Shown here piece by piece: positions 44,019 to 52,543 of a stretch of 64,000 bases of DNA (its first letter is position 1; every line of letters begins with the position of its first letter). A program made the position numbers and the translations under genes. Below the pieces are notes generated by a model. The model did no database searches, was not told the origin of the DNA, and saw only the letters and a list, made by a program, of their open reading frames with translations. Location of the stretch: the IMG/VR virus record IMGVR_UViG_3300009285_003221. One strand, given 5' to 3'. Origin of the DNA: a virus.

Positions 44019-44342
44019 ATGTTTAAAAAAATGAGTGCCGATGAGGCTGAGGCGATCCGGGAGAGCTATAGTCGTGGCAGGCTAACCATGAAGGAGCTTG
44101 GAAAAATTTTTGGCCGTCACCAATCCGTCATCTGTCGGCTTGTCAATGGCAAGACCTTCAAAGAAGCCAAGCTCTACCCCAAGCCCAAGCGCCGACTTTC
44201 AGAGGCAGAGAGGGCTGAGATCGTTAGGCTGACACAAGAGACAGCCATGACAGACGGGGAGGTGGCCGAAAAATTTAATTGCTCCACCTCCACCGTACTT
44301 TATCACAGACAAAAATTTGAGAGGAGCCTGGAACGTGTATAG
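44019..44342 (+). CDS. DNA-binding protein with two helix-turn-helix-like segments
   Basis: 107 aa. LTMKELGKIFGRHQSVICRLVNGK and MTDGEVAEKFNCSTSTVLYHRQK. Confidence 0.55.
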   Translation: MFKKMSADEAEAIRESYSRGRLTMKELGKIFGRHQSVICRLVNGKTFKEAKLYPKPKRRLSEAERAEIVRLTQETAMTDGEVAEKFNCSTSTVLYHRQKFERSLERV

Positions 44343-44577
44343 TAAGAAGATTGAAGTAGATGAAGCAAAACTTGATAAGTTCGTCCAGGAATCTTTGGGA
44401 GACCCTAATCATCCTAACCGTGGAAATAATGAGGGGTTGATGATCAGCGAACCGTACAAGGACGAGATAATTGACGTCCTAATTCAGCCAGAGCCAAGGG
44501 GAGGGAAATACCCAACAGTAGTGGCAGGAGAGGGTAAACACTCAGTCGAAGGATATATTAACGAGAAGGGCTGGTAA
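44335..44577 (+). CDS. hypothetical protein (80 aa)
   Basis: GTG 8 nt after GGAG, in frame with track ORF 44317..44577. Confidence 0.5.
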   Translation: MYSKKIEVDEAKLDKFVQESLGDPNHPNRGNNEGLMISEPYKDEIIDVLIQPEPRGGKYPTVVAGEGKHSVEGYINEKGW

Positions 44578-44580
44578 AGG

Positions 44581-45495
44581 GTGCGTCTAACAACTTTAGT
44601 CGCCCTACTCCTCTGCGGGGCCTGTTCCACAAGTTCCCCTGTTCCACAAAGTGAGGAACAGCCAGAAAAACGGAACACCACCAACTTTATTACAGTGCCG
44701 ATGAACGACCCGTTACTTCCCCATCAAAAGTATCTCTACGAGAGCGGCATCGTCAAGGCTTGGCAGTTATCGACAGGAAATCGACAACTGAAGATCGCCA
44801 TTATCGACGGAGAGGTGAAGCCTCATTCTGACCTCCAACTTCTCCAGACCAAGCTCTACTCCCTCGATGCCCCGTCAGACCATGCCACGCCGATTGCCGG
44901 AATTATCGGAGCGACTCAGAACAACGGCCTGGGGATGGCGGGCATCGCGCAGTGCCAACTTCTCTCTTACGTCGCCCAGACAAGACTTGACCCGAAACTG
45001 GGAGATTTCTTACTCTCTGCCGTCACCCGGTCTTTTTATCAGGCGGCGGCGGACGGGGCCAAAATTATTAACTGTAGTTTCGGCGTCCGTCAGGATCTTC
45101 CAGAGATCCGGGCAGCAGTAGATTATGTCATACAGAGGGGCGTTACAGTCATAGCCTCCGCCAGTAATGACGGCAAAGACTGGAAAACCTACCCGGCAGC
45201 TTACCCGACTGTCATTGGCGTCGGAGGATCTTATGAAGGAAGGCGCGCCGACTGGAGCAATTATGGGGAGTGGGTAACGATCTACGCTCCCGGACAGGGC
45301 CTACTGACAGAAACGCCGGAAGGAACGACGCTGATCTCTGGAACCTCCGCCTCGGCTCCCATTGTCACAGGGACTGTCGCCCTGATGCTCTCAGTCAATC
45401 CAAAGCTAAAGCCAATGAAGATTAAAAAGATTATCCAACAGACAAGTAAAACTGGACAGTTGGATTCCTATCAAGCAGTTTTGAAAGCGAGGTAA
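44581..45495 (+). CDS. secreted subtilisin-like serine peptidase (S8 family)
   Basis: 304 aa. Signal-like LVALLLCGACSTSS. Asp IAIIDGEV, His DHATPIAGIIGA, oxyanion IINCSFG, Ser SGTSASAPIVTGTVALM. Confidence 0.85.
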   Translation: MRLTTLVALLLCGACSTSSPVPQSEEQPEKRNTTNFITVPMNDPLLPHQKYLYESGIVKAWQLSTGNRQLKIAIIDGEVKPHSDLQLLQTKLYSLDAPSDHATPIAGIIGATQNNGLGMAGIAQCQLLSYVAQTRLDPKLGDFLLSAVTRSFYQAAADGAKIINCSFGVRQDLPEIRAAVDYVIQRGVTVIASASNDGKDWKTYPAAYPTVIGVGGSYEGRRADWSNYGEWVTIYAPGQGLLTETPEGTTLISGTSASAPIVTGTVALMLSVNPKLKPMKIKKIIQQTSKTGQLDSYQAVLKAR

Positions 45496-45499
45496 TGAG

Positions 45500-46627
45500 A
45501 TGAAACTTTATGCGGTTCAGGGATTTGTCGTAGACGATCAGACTTTCAATCATGCGCCCTCCCTAAATCTTCCTAACCTGTCACTAGACACATTGGACGA
45601 TTACCATCTTTCGGCAATCGTTGGTCAAGGGCCGTATCCTTACCTGGGAGCGCCAATTCCTCAACATAGCAGAAAAACTCTACTAGTTCCTGCAAGAGTC
45701 CGGTTTGACTATATGCAAGCAACGGGAGGAAGCCTATTTTTAAAAGTCACTTGTGGGCAGCATGATGGAATTCTAACGGGGGCAGGATTTGAAATTTTTG
45801 AATTTCCTCCCCTGCATTTTCAAGGGCTAACTCATTGCCTGCTTTTATTAGATTATTCCAACGGGGAACTACAAGATTCTTTGGATCGCGGAAACCTCTG
45901 TATAAACCGCCAGAATTTAATATTATACTGTGCGCAATCAAGTTGGGGCCTAACTGGTATTTTAAACTTCTCTGCGAACATGGGCCAGACTCCTGCAACA
46001 GCGCCCAGTGGAATTAACAATATTACCCTACCTCCCCCGTCTCCGATACCAACTCCAGTTGCTGCTTGGACTGATACACTCGTCCTGTCCAGCGGGGTCA
46101 GAATCGAGCCTCAAAACAAAGATAAGTACAGCCCCGACCAAAAAGCAATTGGAGTTCTCGACCCGACAATCTGGTACAAGATCCTTTCCCTCGATGACAA
46201 TTTACTAGGCAGCTATGCACTCAGCCTGGAGCAGAAGGAGATCGTCCTATTTACCTCAACTGTCCAGGAACACTCTCTGGTCCTCTACTATCGAGATTCG
46301 ATCGATAACACAAAAAATAAAAAATATTATTTAAGACCAAGGGTAAACGAAGGAGAGGTTTCTGGAGTTTTTGACGAAGACTCCGCTACCTATAATCTAG
46401 ATGACCCAGCTAGATTAGTTTGCGTCTGCGACGCGGCGGAACGTTTGATTTGGAAACAGACGGTGGACAGGTATCCGAAACAAGAAGCTATGGAAGAGAA
46501 TCCGGCGGCTCCCGGTAAGATCGATTGGTTTGCCCTGGCAGGTTTGCCGGTTTCCGGCAGTAACATCGTGTACCCCATAATGGGGGGCGGAAGCGCCTCT
46601 ACTAATGCCTCTACGGGGAATCCATAG
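45500..46627 (+). CDS. hypothetical protein (375 aa)
   Basis: GAGG SD. Follows the peptidase gene after 4 nt. Confidence 0.6.
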   Translation: MKLYAVQGFVVDDQTFNHAPSLNLPNLSLDTLDDYHLSAIVGQGPYPYLGAPIPQHSRKTLLVPARVRFDYMQATGGSLFLKVTCGQHDGILTGAGFEIFEFPPLHFQGLTHCLLLLDYSNGELQDSLDRGNLCINRQNLILYCAQSSWGLTGILNFSANMGQTPATAPSGINNITLPPPSPIPTPVAAWTDTLVLSSGVRIEPQNKDKYSPDQKAIGVLDPTIWYKILSLDDNLLGSYALSLEQKEIVLFTSTVQEHSLVLYYRDSIDNTKNKKYYLRPRVNEGEVSGVFDEDSATYNLDDPARLVCVCDAAERLIWKQTVDRYPKQEAMEENPAAPGKIDWFALAGLPVSGSNIVYPIMGGGSASTNASTGNP

Positions 46628-46630
46628 TAC

Positions 46631-46909
46631 ATGCCGCGCGGGAAAACTAAGGAGAACGCCGAGAGGCGGTTCAGGCGCTTTATCTATGAGATGCCAGAGA
46701 TGGTCTATACGGGCAGCCCCTGTTGGGGCTGGTTCGGCGGCCATGATAAGGCTGGCTACCCCTGTTTCTGGCATCAGGGACAATCGATGCGGGCGTACCG
46801 GGCGGCCTGGCTAATCTTTAAAAAAGAGGAGCCGGAAGGGGAGATCGTTCGGGCCTGTATGAATAAATATTGCTGCAACCCAGACCACCTAGAGGGCGAG
46901 ATAAAATGA
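46631..46909 (+). CDS. HNH-like (HNH_3-type) nuclease-fold protein, possibly degenerate
   Basis: 92 aa. GYPCFWHQGQSMRAYRAAW...CMNKYCCNPDHL resembles the ...AHR..W...C.N..C.NP.HL motif. Confidence 0.5.
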   Translation: MPRGKTKENAERRFRRFIYEMPEMVYTGSPCWGWFGGHDKAGYPCFWHQGQSMRAYRAAWLIFKKEEPEGEIVRACMNKYCCNPDHLEGEIK

Positions 46910-47142
46910 GCGTTCTTTTTGAAAAGTACAAGACAAAGAGTTCCGACGGTTTAACTCTCTATCAAATTCCGATGGGAGAAGCCATAGCAACCTTTTTAGA
47001 ACTAGAGGAGGCGTATAAGAACTTTTCTAAGCTTCCTTATAGTTCTGGCTGGTCGGTAGCAAGACAACAAATAGTAGAGCGTAGAGCGGAAATAAGAAAA
47101 CTACTAGACAAATTTATTATACACGCCAGCTCCTCAGAGTGA
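46906..47142 (+). CDS. hypothetical protein (78 aa)
   Basis: ATG in an ATGA overlap with the upstream stop. The track start 46870 is probably too early. Confidence 0.55.
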   Translation: MSVLFEKYKTKSSDGLTLYQIPMGEAIATFLELEEAYKNFSKLPYSSGWSVARQQIVERRAEIRKLLDKFIIHASSSE

Positions 47143-47167
47143 GGCAGCAAAAAGGAGTATAGAAGCC

Positions 47168-47347
47168 ATGACAGAATTCGATAAATTAGGGGATTTCCTC
47201 CATAAATTTATACTTCTCGTCGTGGAGAAGAAGCGGGAGGAAGTCTTCCTACGCGGAGGTATGAGCTTAGAATACTTAGAACTCCAGGAGGAGTTAGAAA
47301 AGATGCAGGATCAGCTCAACCAGGTAAAGATTGTGGCCAAAAAATGA
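47168..47347 (+). CDS. hypothetical protein (59 aa), not in ORF track
   Basis: AAAGGAG SD. MTEFDKLGDFLHKFILLVVEKKREEVF... The stop overlaps the next ATG (ATGA). Confidence 0.5.
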   Translation: MTEFDKLGDFLHKFILLVVEKKREEVFLRGGMSLEYLELQEELEKMQDQLNQVKIVAKK

Positions 47348-47553
47348 GGCAGATTGAAATAAAATTAGGGGAGGCGCTGGAACAGTACTATCATTTAGCG
47401 CGATCAGCGGAACAAGAGAAGCTAGAGCTTGAGAAAGGAATGTCTTTAGACGGTTATAACTATCTGAAAGAGAAGGAAAAGCTACAAAAGTTTCAGGCAT
47501 TTCTCAACCAGTGGACACTTTGTGGGAATTCCCCAAAGGAGATCAAAAAATGA
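47344..47553 (+). CDS. hypothetical protein (69 aa)
   Basis: ATGA-coupled at both ends. Confidence 0.55.
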   Translation: MRQIEIKLGEALEQYYHLARSAEQEKLELEKGMSLDGYNYLKEKEKLQKFQAFLNQWTLCGNSPKEIKK

Positions 47554-47633
47554 TCTGGTTAATCGTCTTAAACCTTATTATCCTGACCTGGGCATTAGCC
47601 CTCTGGGTGATGTGGCGCTCTCGGAGGGGATAA
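47550..47633 (+). CDS. 27-aa hydrophobic (single-TM) peptide, not in ORF track
   Basis: MIWLIVLNLIILTWALALWVMWRSRRG. ATGA overlap upstream. The next ATG lies 2 nt after its TAA. Confidence 0.4.
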   Translation: MIWLIVLNLIILTWALALWVMWRSRRG

Positions 47634-47635
47634 AA

Positions 47636-48016
47636 ATGAAACTATTATTCTGTAATCAATGCCACGACATCGTGAAAATGCGCTTCGAGGAACGATTTTG
47701 CTTCTGCGGCAAGGTCAAGGGAAGGTATTTAGAGGATGGCCACCGTGCTGAGTATTCAGGGGAGGGGGCGGTGCCCCTGGGAATGGACAACCACGAATTT
47801 ACACAGACTTTGAAACAGTGGCCGAACTGGAAGCACAGCAGGGGCTTGAGATTTGATGCCTTTTTTATCGGGAAAAATTGTAAAACCTTCGTCAATTTGG
47901 ATGCCCCGGCAGAGCCTGTTCAGGTCGATCCGGAGATCAGACAAATTGCCGACAGGGAAAAGATCGTTCAAGAGGTCATCGCTGAATTGATGAGGGCGGG
48001 CGTTATCCATGATTAA
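47636..48016 (+). CDS. hypothetical Cys-rich (zinc-binding-like) protein (126 aa)
   Basis: GGAGGGG SD. MKLLFCNQCHD...CFCGK. The track start 47522 is probably too early. Confidence 0.55.
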   Translation: MKLLFCNQCHDIVKMRFEERFCFCGKVKGRYLEDGHRAEYSGEGAVPLGMDNHEFTQTLKQWPNWKHSRGLRFDAFFIGKNCKTFVNLDAPAEPVQVDPEIRQIADREKIVQEVIAELMRAGVIHD

Positions 48017-48033
48017 TATTACAAAAATTTTAG

Positions 48034-48405
48034 ATGTTCCGGCAGGACAACCCGATTAAATTGTATTCACATGAGAAAATTTTTATGGCGTTGCTCGACA
48101 TGCTTAAAGCATTAGAGGAAGTGAGGGTCAACCAAATGAGTAAAACTACCAAACCTGCGGCGGTACACAACGCAGAAGTGGCCACGAACTATCAAAACGG
48201 AGAAAATAAATCTCCCAGTCCTTTCGCCGCCAATCCTAAATATTTTCAAGGGGCGGCCAAATTGTATGACAAAGATGTAAGTTGCGCTTGTGGAGGCCCC
48301 CTCTTCAAGTCAGAGCTGTCGATCGTTCAGTATGACAAACCTGAAAAAGTATTTGTGTTCTGCGGACGTTGTGCCCAGGTATCTCTCTTACTGGAGGCAA
48401 AGTAA
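48034..48405 (+). CDS. hypothetical protein with C-terminal zinc-ribbon-like CxC...CxxC (123 aa)
   Basis: SCACGG...FCGRCAQ. Confidence 0.5.
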   Translation: MFRQDNPIKLYSHEKIFMALLDMLKALEEVRVNQMSKTTKPAAVHNAEVATNYQNGENKSPSPFAANPKYFQGAAKLYDKDVSCACGGPLFKSELSIVQYDKPEKVFVFCGRCAQVSLLLEAK

Positions 48406-48593
48406 TGATTGGAACTAATAGCCCCATAATTAAAGATGTCGCTGAATGCTTGGAGGTCCGGGCCACCAGAAAACCAGGCATAACTCCAGAAAGCGACCTT
48501 GTTTACTATGACTACGAAAAAATCTTTGCTGCTATGATAAAGAGGATAGAATATCTGGAAGAAAGAGTCACAAATATGGAATTGGGGATATAA
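48405..48593 (+). CDS. hypothetical protein (62 aa)
   Basis: ATG in a TAATG overlap. Confidence 0.5.
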   Translation: MIGTNSPIIKDVAECLEVRATRKPGITPESDLVYYDYEKIFAAMIKRIEYLEERVTNMELGI

Positions 48594-48730
48594 TGATTAA
48601 CAAGCAGAAAATACCTATTGAAAATATCAAAGACGGAATCATTACGTTTATCCTCCCCAAAGGACTCTTACGTCTAGCTGGAAAGGGGACACTTAGCCCA
48701 ACAAAATCAGACCCAGGAGGACATAAATGA
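48593..48730 (+). CDS. hypothetical protein (45 aa), not in ORF track
   Basis: TAATG overlap upstream and ATGA overlap downstream. Fills an otherwise empty gap. Confidence 0.4.
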   Translation: MINKQKIPIENIKDGIITFILPKGLLRLAGKGTLSPTKSDPGGHK

Positions 48731-49032
48731 CCAATAAAGAACAACCACGGGGGGAGATCGTCTACATCTCTGGCAAAGACGATGATGGTTCTTATTACTT
48801 GGAGAAGATCCGGGCTGAATTGGGCCCGGTCAGGTCTGGAGATGAAAAACCTCTTTGGTTCGATGTCAATGATAGTTATGGCTGGGAAGGGTATGCCATA
48901 GTCCACAAAACTGAGGAGGAGGCCAGAGCTTCCCTATGTAAACTGGCCGCAAAAGATTTTGGTTATTTGGGAAGACTAGTGAACCAGATCTATTTCGGAG
49001 AATTTCGTCTGGAGGATTGTACTCTTGACTAA
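48727..49032 (+). CDS. hypothetical protein (101 aa)
   Basis: AGGAGG SD. Confidence 0.6.
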   Translation: MTNKEQPRGEIVYISGKDDDGSYYLEKIRAELGPVRSGDEKPLWFDVNDSYGWEGYAIVHKTEEEARASLCKLAAKDFGYLGRLVNQIYFGEFRLEDCTLD

Positions 49033-49657
49033 GAAAAAGGAAGAAAACACACAAGAAGAGCTTTTTCAACTTACTGCAAACCGTAAGCAGTTTGAGCTAA
49101 TCAGCCGGGGCCTGGAACTTCTATCTAGAGTTCGCGCAGGACAGTTAACCTATCTGCGAGATGAACTAATTGGTGTCGAAGGTGTCACCAAAGATTACGA
49201 AGCCCTCCACAATGCCCTAGAAGCCCTACACCGCACTGTCTTTCCCCAGGATGCCTATAACGAGTCCAACCATAGCCGGAAGGACTGCTGGGAATGCTAT
49301 GATATCCAACAAGTTATCCGAAATGGGTTAAGCTGGTCCAAATACCCGGAGGGAGATTGTACGAGAAGTTTTGACGAGCCCATGCTCTTCGGCCAGGAGC
49401 CTCACCCATACCTGATGCGCTGGAACGGGACTGAGGCTACAAGGATTAGAAATCAAATAAACAAAAAATACTTCCTCCGGGATGCGTTTTCCGATCTCAT
49501 CAAAACTTCCGACCTACAAGACGGGATTGAGATTCTGAAAAAATGGAAGGAAGCTTACGATATCCAGGAAGAGGCCATGGCAGAGGCCCGGAAATTCTTC
49601 GGAGAAAAATCTTATGATACAATTATGGACTCTTTCAAAACTCCCGGGGAGGTTTAA
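49025..49657 (+). CDS. hypothetical protein (210 aa)
   Basis: TTG start with an 8-nt overlap. No motif recognised. Confidence 0.55.
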   Translation: MTKKKEENTQEELFQLTANRKQFELISRGLELLSRVRAGQLTYLRDELIGVEGVTKDYEALHNALEALHRTVFPQDAYNESNHSRKDCWECYDIQQVIRNGLSWSKYPEGDCTRSFDEPMLFGQEPHPYLMRWNGTEATRIRNQINKKYFLRDAFSDLIKTSDLQDGIEILKKWKEAYDIQEEAMAEARKFFGEKSYDTIMDSFKTPGEV

Positions 49658-49821
49658 TGAAGGGAATACTGACTGGTACGGACGGCTCTCGTGTTCTTTT
49701 AAAGATCGGCGAAGAGCAGGCTGTTACCGTGTGGCTGGAACCACAAGAGGCACGTTTTCTAGCGGCTCAGTTGAATTTACTGTCTGATCAGGCGGAGGAA
49801 AGGTCAACTACCTCCCCCTAA
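49657..49821 (+). CDS. hypothetical protein (54 aa), not in ORF track
   Basis: TAATG overlap. MKGILTGTDGSRVLLKIGEEQAVTVWLEPQEARFLAAQLN... Confidence 0.45.
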   Translation: MKGILTGTDGSRVLLKIGEEQAVTVWLEPQEARFLAAQLNLLSDQAEERSTTSP

Positions 49822-49836
49822 AGGAGTTGGTCCGCG

Positions 49837-50265
49837 ATGAAGTTATTTGGGTTTATGTTAGAGGACGCTAAGGGAATCTGGAAGAAATTCCAGGAGTCAG
49901 AGCGAAAGTTAAGAAATTCCCAGGAGTTGATCTACGCCCTAATTCAGATTATCTTAATGCTGCGGTACGAATTGAGGCAGAAAAAGGAATATGAGTTATC
50001 TGATAGGGTAAGGAATTATCTAGCTCTCAAAGGTATTCAGGCAAAAGATCCGGGTAAGGGGGGTCAAGAGGTTTTTAGGTACACAATTTCTTTGGATAAA
50101 CCAAAAGAACTAACACTTCTGACCGATTTAGAATGGATGAACCGAATGGGTGCCCTTGACTCTCTCTGCTGCCGGGACCGGCATTACGATCCGGTTGTTT
50201 GGTTAAAGCCTAAACCCAATAAGGAATTTGAAGCCTACAAGAAAGGTCTACAAGGAAAGGAGTAA
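49837..50265 (+). CDS. hypothetical protein (142 aa)
   Basis: AAAGGAG SD. Confidence 0.6.
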   Translation: MKLFGFMLEDAKGIWKKFQESERKLRNSQELIYALIQIILMLRYELRQKKEYELSDRVRNYLALKGIQAKDPGKGGQEVFRYTISLDKPKELTLLTDLEWMNRMGALDSLCCRDRHYDPVVWLKPKPNKEFEAYKKGLQGKE

Positions 50266-50269
50266 ATAA

Positions 50270-50911
50270 ATGGAAAAAAGATTTACGCTTGGTTTTGGGC
50301 GTACAAAAGGAACAGAGTACTCACTGATTTCATTGCGTCAGGGCAAGGGATTGGAGATCTTCGGCTGGTCTAAAAACGAAAAAAAGGACTGGGTAGAACT
50401 TAATTTCGACACTTTTGCCCAACTTCGGGACTTCATAGCAATTCTTCAGAGAGAGCTGGACAATTATCTGACTCGTGATCTGAACGCTGAGAAGGAAGAG
50501 ATCGAAAGAGTAACCTATATTCAAAATAATGACTACTATAACGAGGAAGCACACTCCGCCTTGGAGTTATTAGGAGGGGTTACGATTACCGGACCAACAG
50601 ATAATGGGTGGTGGACAGCTAAAGCGAATGGAAGTGTTGTGGGACCGAAAAATTTATCGACCATTATCGCTTCCGGGAAATGTAAAAACGGTGCCGTCAA
50701 TCTACTCTTTGCCAATATTACGGCTCAGGATACCGTTCTTCAACTTCCTGGTAGGGAAGGGCTGTTGAGATGGTCTGGAACCTATTGGGAACCCTGCTCT
50801 CCCCCGCCGAGTAATCCCTTTTACCGGGAACAGAACTCCAGACTCCTTTCTGTTTTTACGGAGGGCGTACAGCCGGTTGGAATTCTCGATCTTTCGCCCA
50901 CGGACGAATAA
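50270..50911 (+). CDS. hypothetical protein (213 aa)
   Basis: AAAGGAG SD. Confidence 0.6.
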   Translation: MEKRFTLGFGRTKGTEYSLISLRQGKGLEIFGWSKNEKKDWVELNFDTFAQLRDFIAILQRELDNYLTRDLNAEKEEIERVTYIQNNDYYNEEAHSALELLGGVTITGPTDNGWWTAKANGSVVGPKNLSTIIASGKCKNGAVNLLFANITAQDTVLQLPGREGLLRWSGTYWEPCSPPPSNPFYREQNSRLLSVFTEGVQPVGILDLSPTDE

Positions 50912-51003
50912 AGACCCTACAAGGATAATCAATTTTATACTAGAAATAGCACAATAGGTTTTTCCGTCAGTAGTAAAAATAGCGGGAGCGGGTACACCAC
51001 TCC

Positions 51004-51063
51004 GCCCATTCGCTGATTTTTTGGCGCCCCCCGCCCATTTTTGGGCCCATTTTTCCGCCCATT
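51004..51063. repeat. iteron-like GCCCATT repeats (4 copies, three phased at 12 bp with T-tracts)
   Basis: GCCCATT at 51004, 51033, 51045 and 51057. The last three read GCCCATTTTTGG / GCCCATTTTTCC / GCCCATTTTATT. Confidence 0.8.
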
Positions 51064-51068
51064 TTATT

Positions 51069-51109
51069 GGTTACATGCAGGAAACCTAAACTCTATGGTT
51101 TAATGCAGG
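51069..51109. repeat. 13-nt imperfect direct repeat GGTTACATGCAGG / GGTTTAATGCAGG
   Basis: Copies at 51069-51081 and 51097-51109 (11/13 identical), 28 bp apart. Confidence 0.6.
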
Positions 51110-51339
51110 TTATCTAATCTCCAGTCACTAGGCCAATAAGTGCCGTGGGGATTGACACCGTAACCCGGTCTTGGTACGATGGGGGTATCGATCAGTGCCG
51201 ACTGACCGAAGACACGGGGTAGCGCCCGCCATAGTCGGCTAAGAACTGTATCGCCGTAACCAGACGGCATGAACCTTGACAACTGAATAAGGTAGGAAGC
51301 TCCGACAGGCGCTACAAGCGCCATAAAGGAGCATCAAAT

Positions 51340-51876
51340 ATGTCTAAAAAGTCCTTAGCGCCTGTACACGCTATCCCCTCACGGGCACTTGCAATAGAGT
51401 CGAACGCCGCGCCTGCTGCCACGCTCATCGTATCGTCTGAGGCGGCCACAAACCGCTTTGAGACGTTGATAGAGCCCAAACAGGTTGGGCAAGACGCAGA
51501 CGGTAACCCCGTCTACGCCGATGGTATGGCAGTGGATGTATCCGGTTTGGCCGGTTACTTCGCCGCCCTTTCCATCGAAAGTCTGTTACGGATTGACCGT
51601 CTGAAGTTTGACGGGGCGTTCGATAGCACAGCTTGGTTAACAGTAAGCCAGTATTTTCTCGCTATCTCTCCTGAACGTTCTAGCGACGTTCAGACTGATT
51701 CTGAGAAGATGACCGGCTCTAAATCCGGTAGCAAGCCCGCCGAAAGGCAATACCGCAAGCTGGCCATGCCGGACTTGCGCCGGAAAGAAACGCCTCACCG
51801 TGCCGCCTGCTTGCTTAAGGCAAAAGAGGCGGCAAGCAATGCCCTTAATTCAAAGTTATTCCCCACAAAGGAGTAA
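51340..51876 (+). CDS. hypothetical protein (178 aa), in a GC-richer island
   Basis: AAAGGAG SD. Ala/Ser-rich. Confidence 0.6.
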   Translation: MSKKSLAPVHAIPSRALAIESNAAPAATLIVSSEAATNRFETLIEPKQVGQDADGNPVYADGMAVDVSGLAGYFAALSIESLLRIDRLKFDGAFDSTAWLTVSQYFLAISPERSSDVQTDSEKMTGSKSGSKPAERQYRKLAMPDLRRKETPHRAACLLKAKEAASNALNSKLFPTKE

Positions 51877-51881
51877 CTGTT

Positions 51882-52163
51882 ATGGGTATGGTTTATGCCC
51901 CTGTACCCAAACGAGTACAGGGAACCATGGCGAAATGGTTAATTTCTCTCTCTATTGGGGACTTCCAACGAGTTATCAGGGAACTACTAGGTTCCCCGAC
52001 TAAACTAGGTTCCCAATTCATCTTTCCCTGTACTGGCTTTAAGCGCCTAGCCTGGGAAGACCAACAAGGTGTGATTGACGCGCTCCAACATCGGTTGAGA
52101 AGCAAGCTCAATCAAGCGCAGTCCCAATGGGTTAACCGATGGTTGAATGCCATCACCTATTAG
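51882..52163 (+). CDS. hypothetical protein (93 aa)
   Basis: AAAGGAG SD. Confidence 0.55.
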   Translation: MGMVYAPVPKRVQGTMAKWLISLSIGDFQRVIRELLGSPTKLGSQFIFPCTGFKRLAWEDQQGVIDALQHRLRSKLNQAQSQWVNRWLNAITY

Positions 52164-52200
52164 TAAAATGAGCTTTCTACCTTATTCTTTGTCACTAGGT

Positions 52201-52234
52201 TCTAATTGGTTCTACTCGAATAGAATCAATTAGA
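52201..52234. other. extended hairpin/inverted repeat
   Basis: TCTAATTG-g-TTCTA-ctcgaa-TAGAA-t-CAATTAGA. Confidence 0.6.
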
Positions 52235-52380
52235 GTCTAGCAAACTCTTCCTAAGGTCACTTGGGAACCACGGCGGAATTGACCGTCAAGCGAGGTCATC
52301 CCCTCACGCTGACCACGTGAGACATAGGCCGGAGGTATAGCCTGTCAGGGGCTAAAGTACCCTGGATAGACAGGCGAAGG

Positions 52381-52407
52381 GGATGTATGGCAATTTGCCA
52401 TACATCC
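52381..52407. repeat. perfect 27-bp palindrome
   Basis: GGATGTATGGCAA-T-TTGCCATACATCC (13+1+13), inside a 380-nt ORF-poor structured region. Confidence 0.9.
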
Positions 52408-52543
52408 ACAAACCCGCATGGGGATTCATTCCCTATGATCGGGGACTTTTCCATGTCTACTTTTTATTTTTCCAGCCTAGACAGGATAATCACGGAGAGG
52501 ACTTCTCCTCTTTCTCATTTGGGAGAGGAGAGGAGTAATTGAC

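Noticed and set aside
51100-51324. 74-aa minus-strand ORF in the GC-rich leader
   Set aside because: It has no SD. Its start is 15 nt from the divergent 51340 start, leaving no promoter space. GC-rich sequence produces chance ORFs. This is not excluded.
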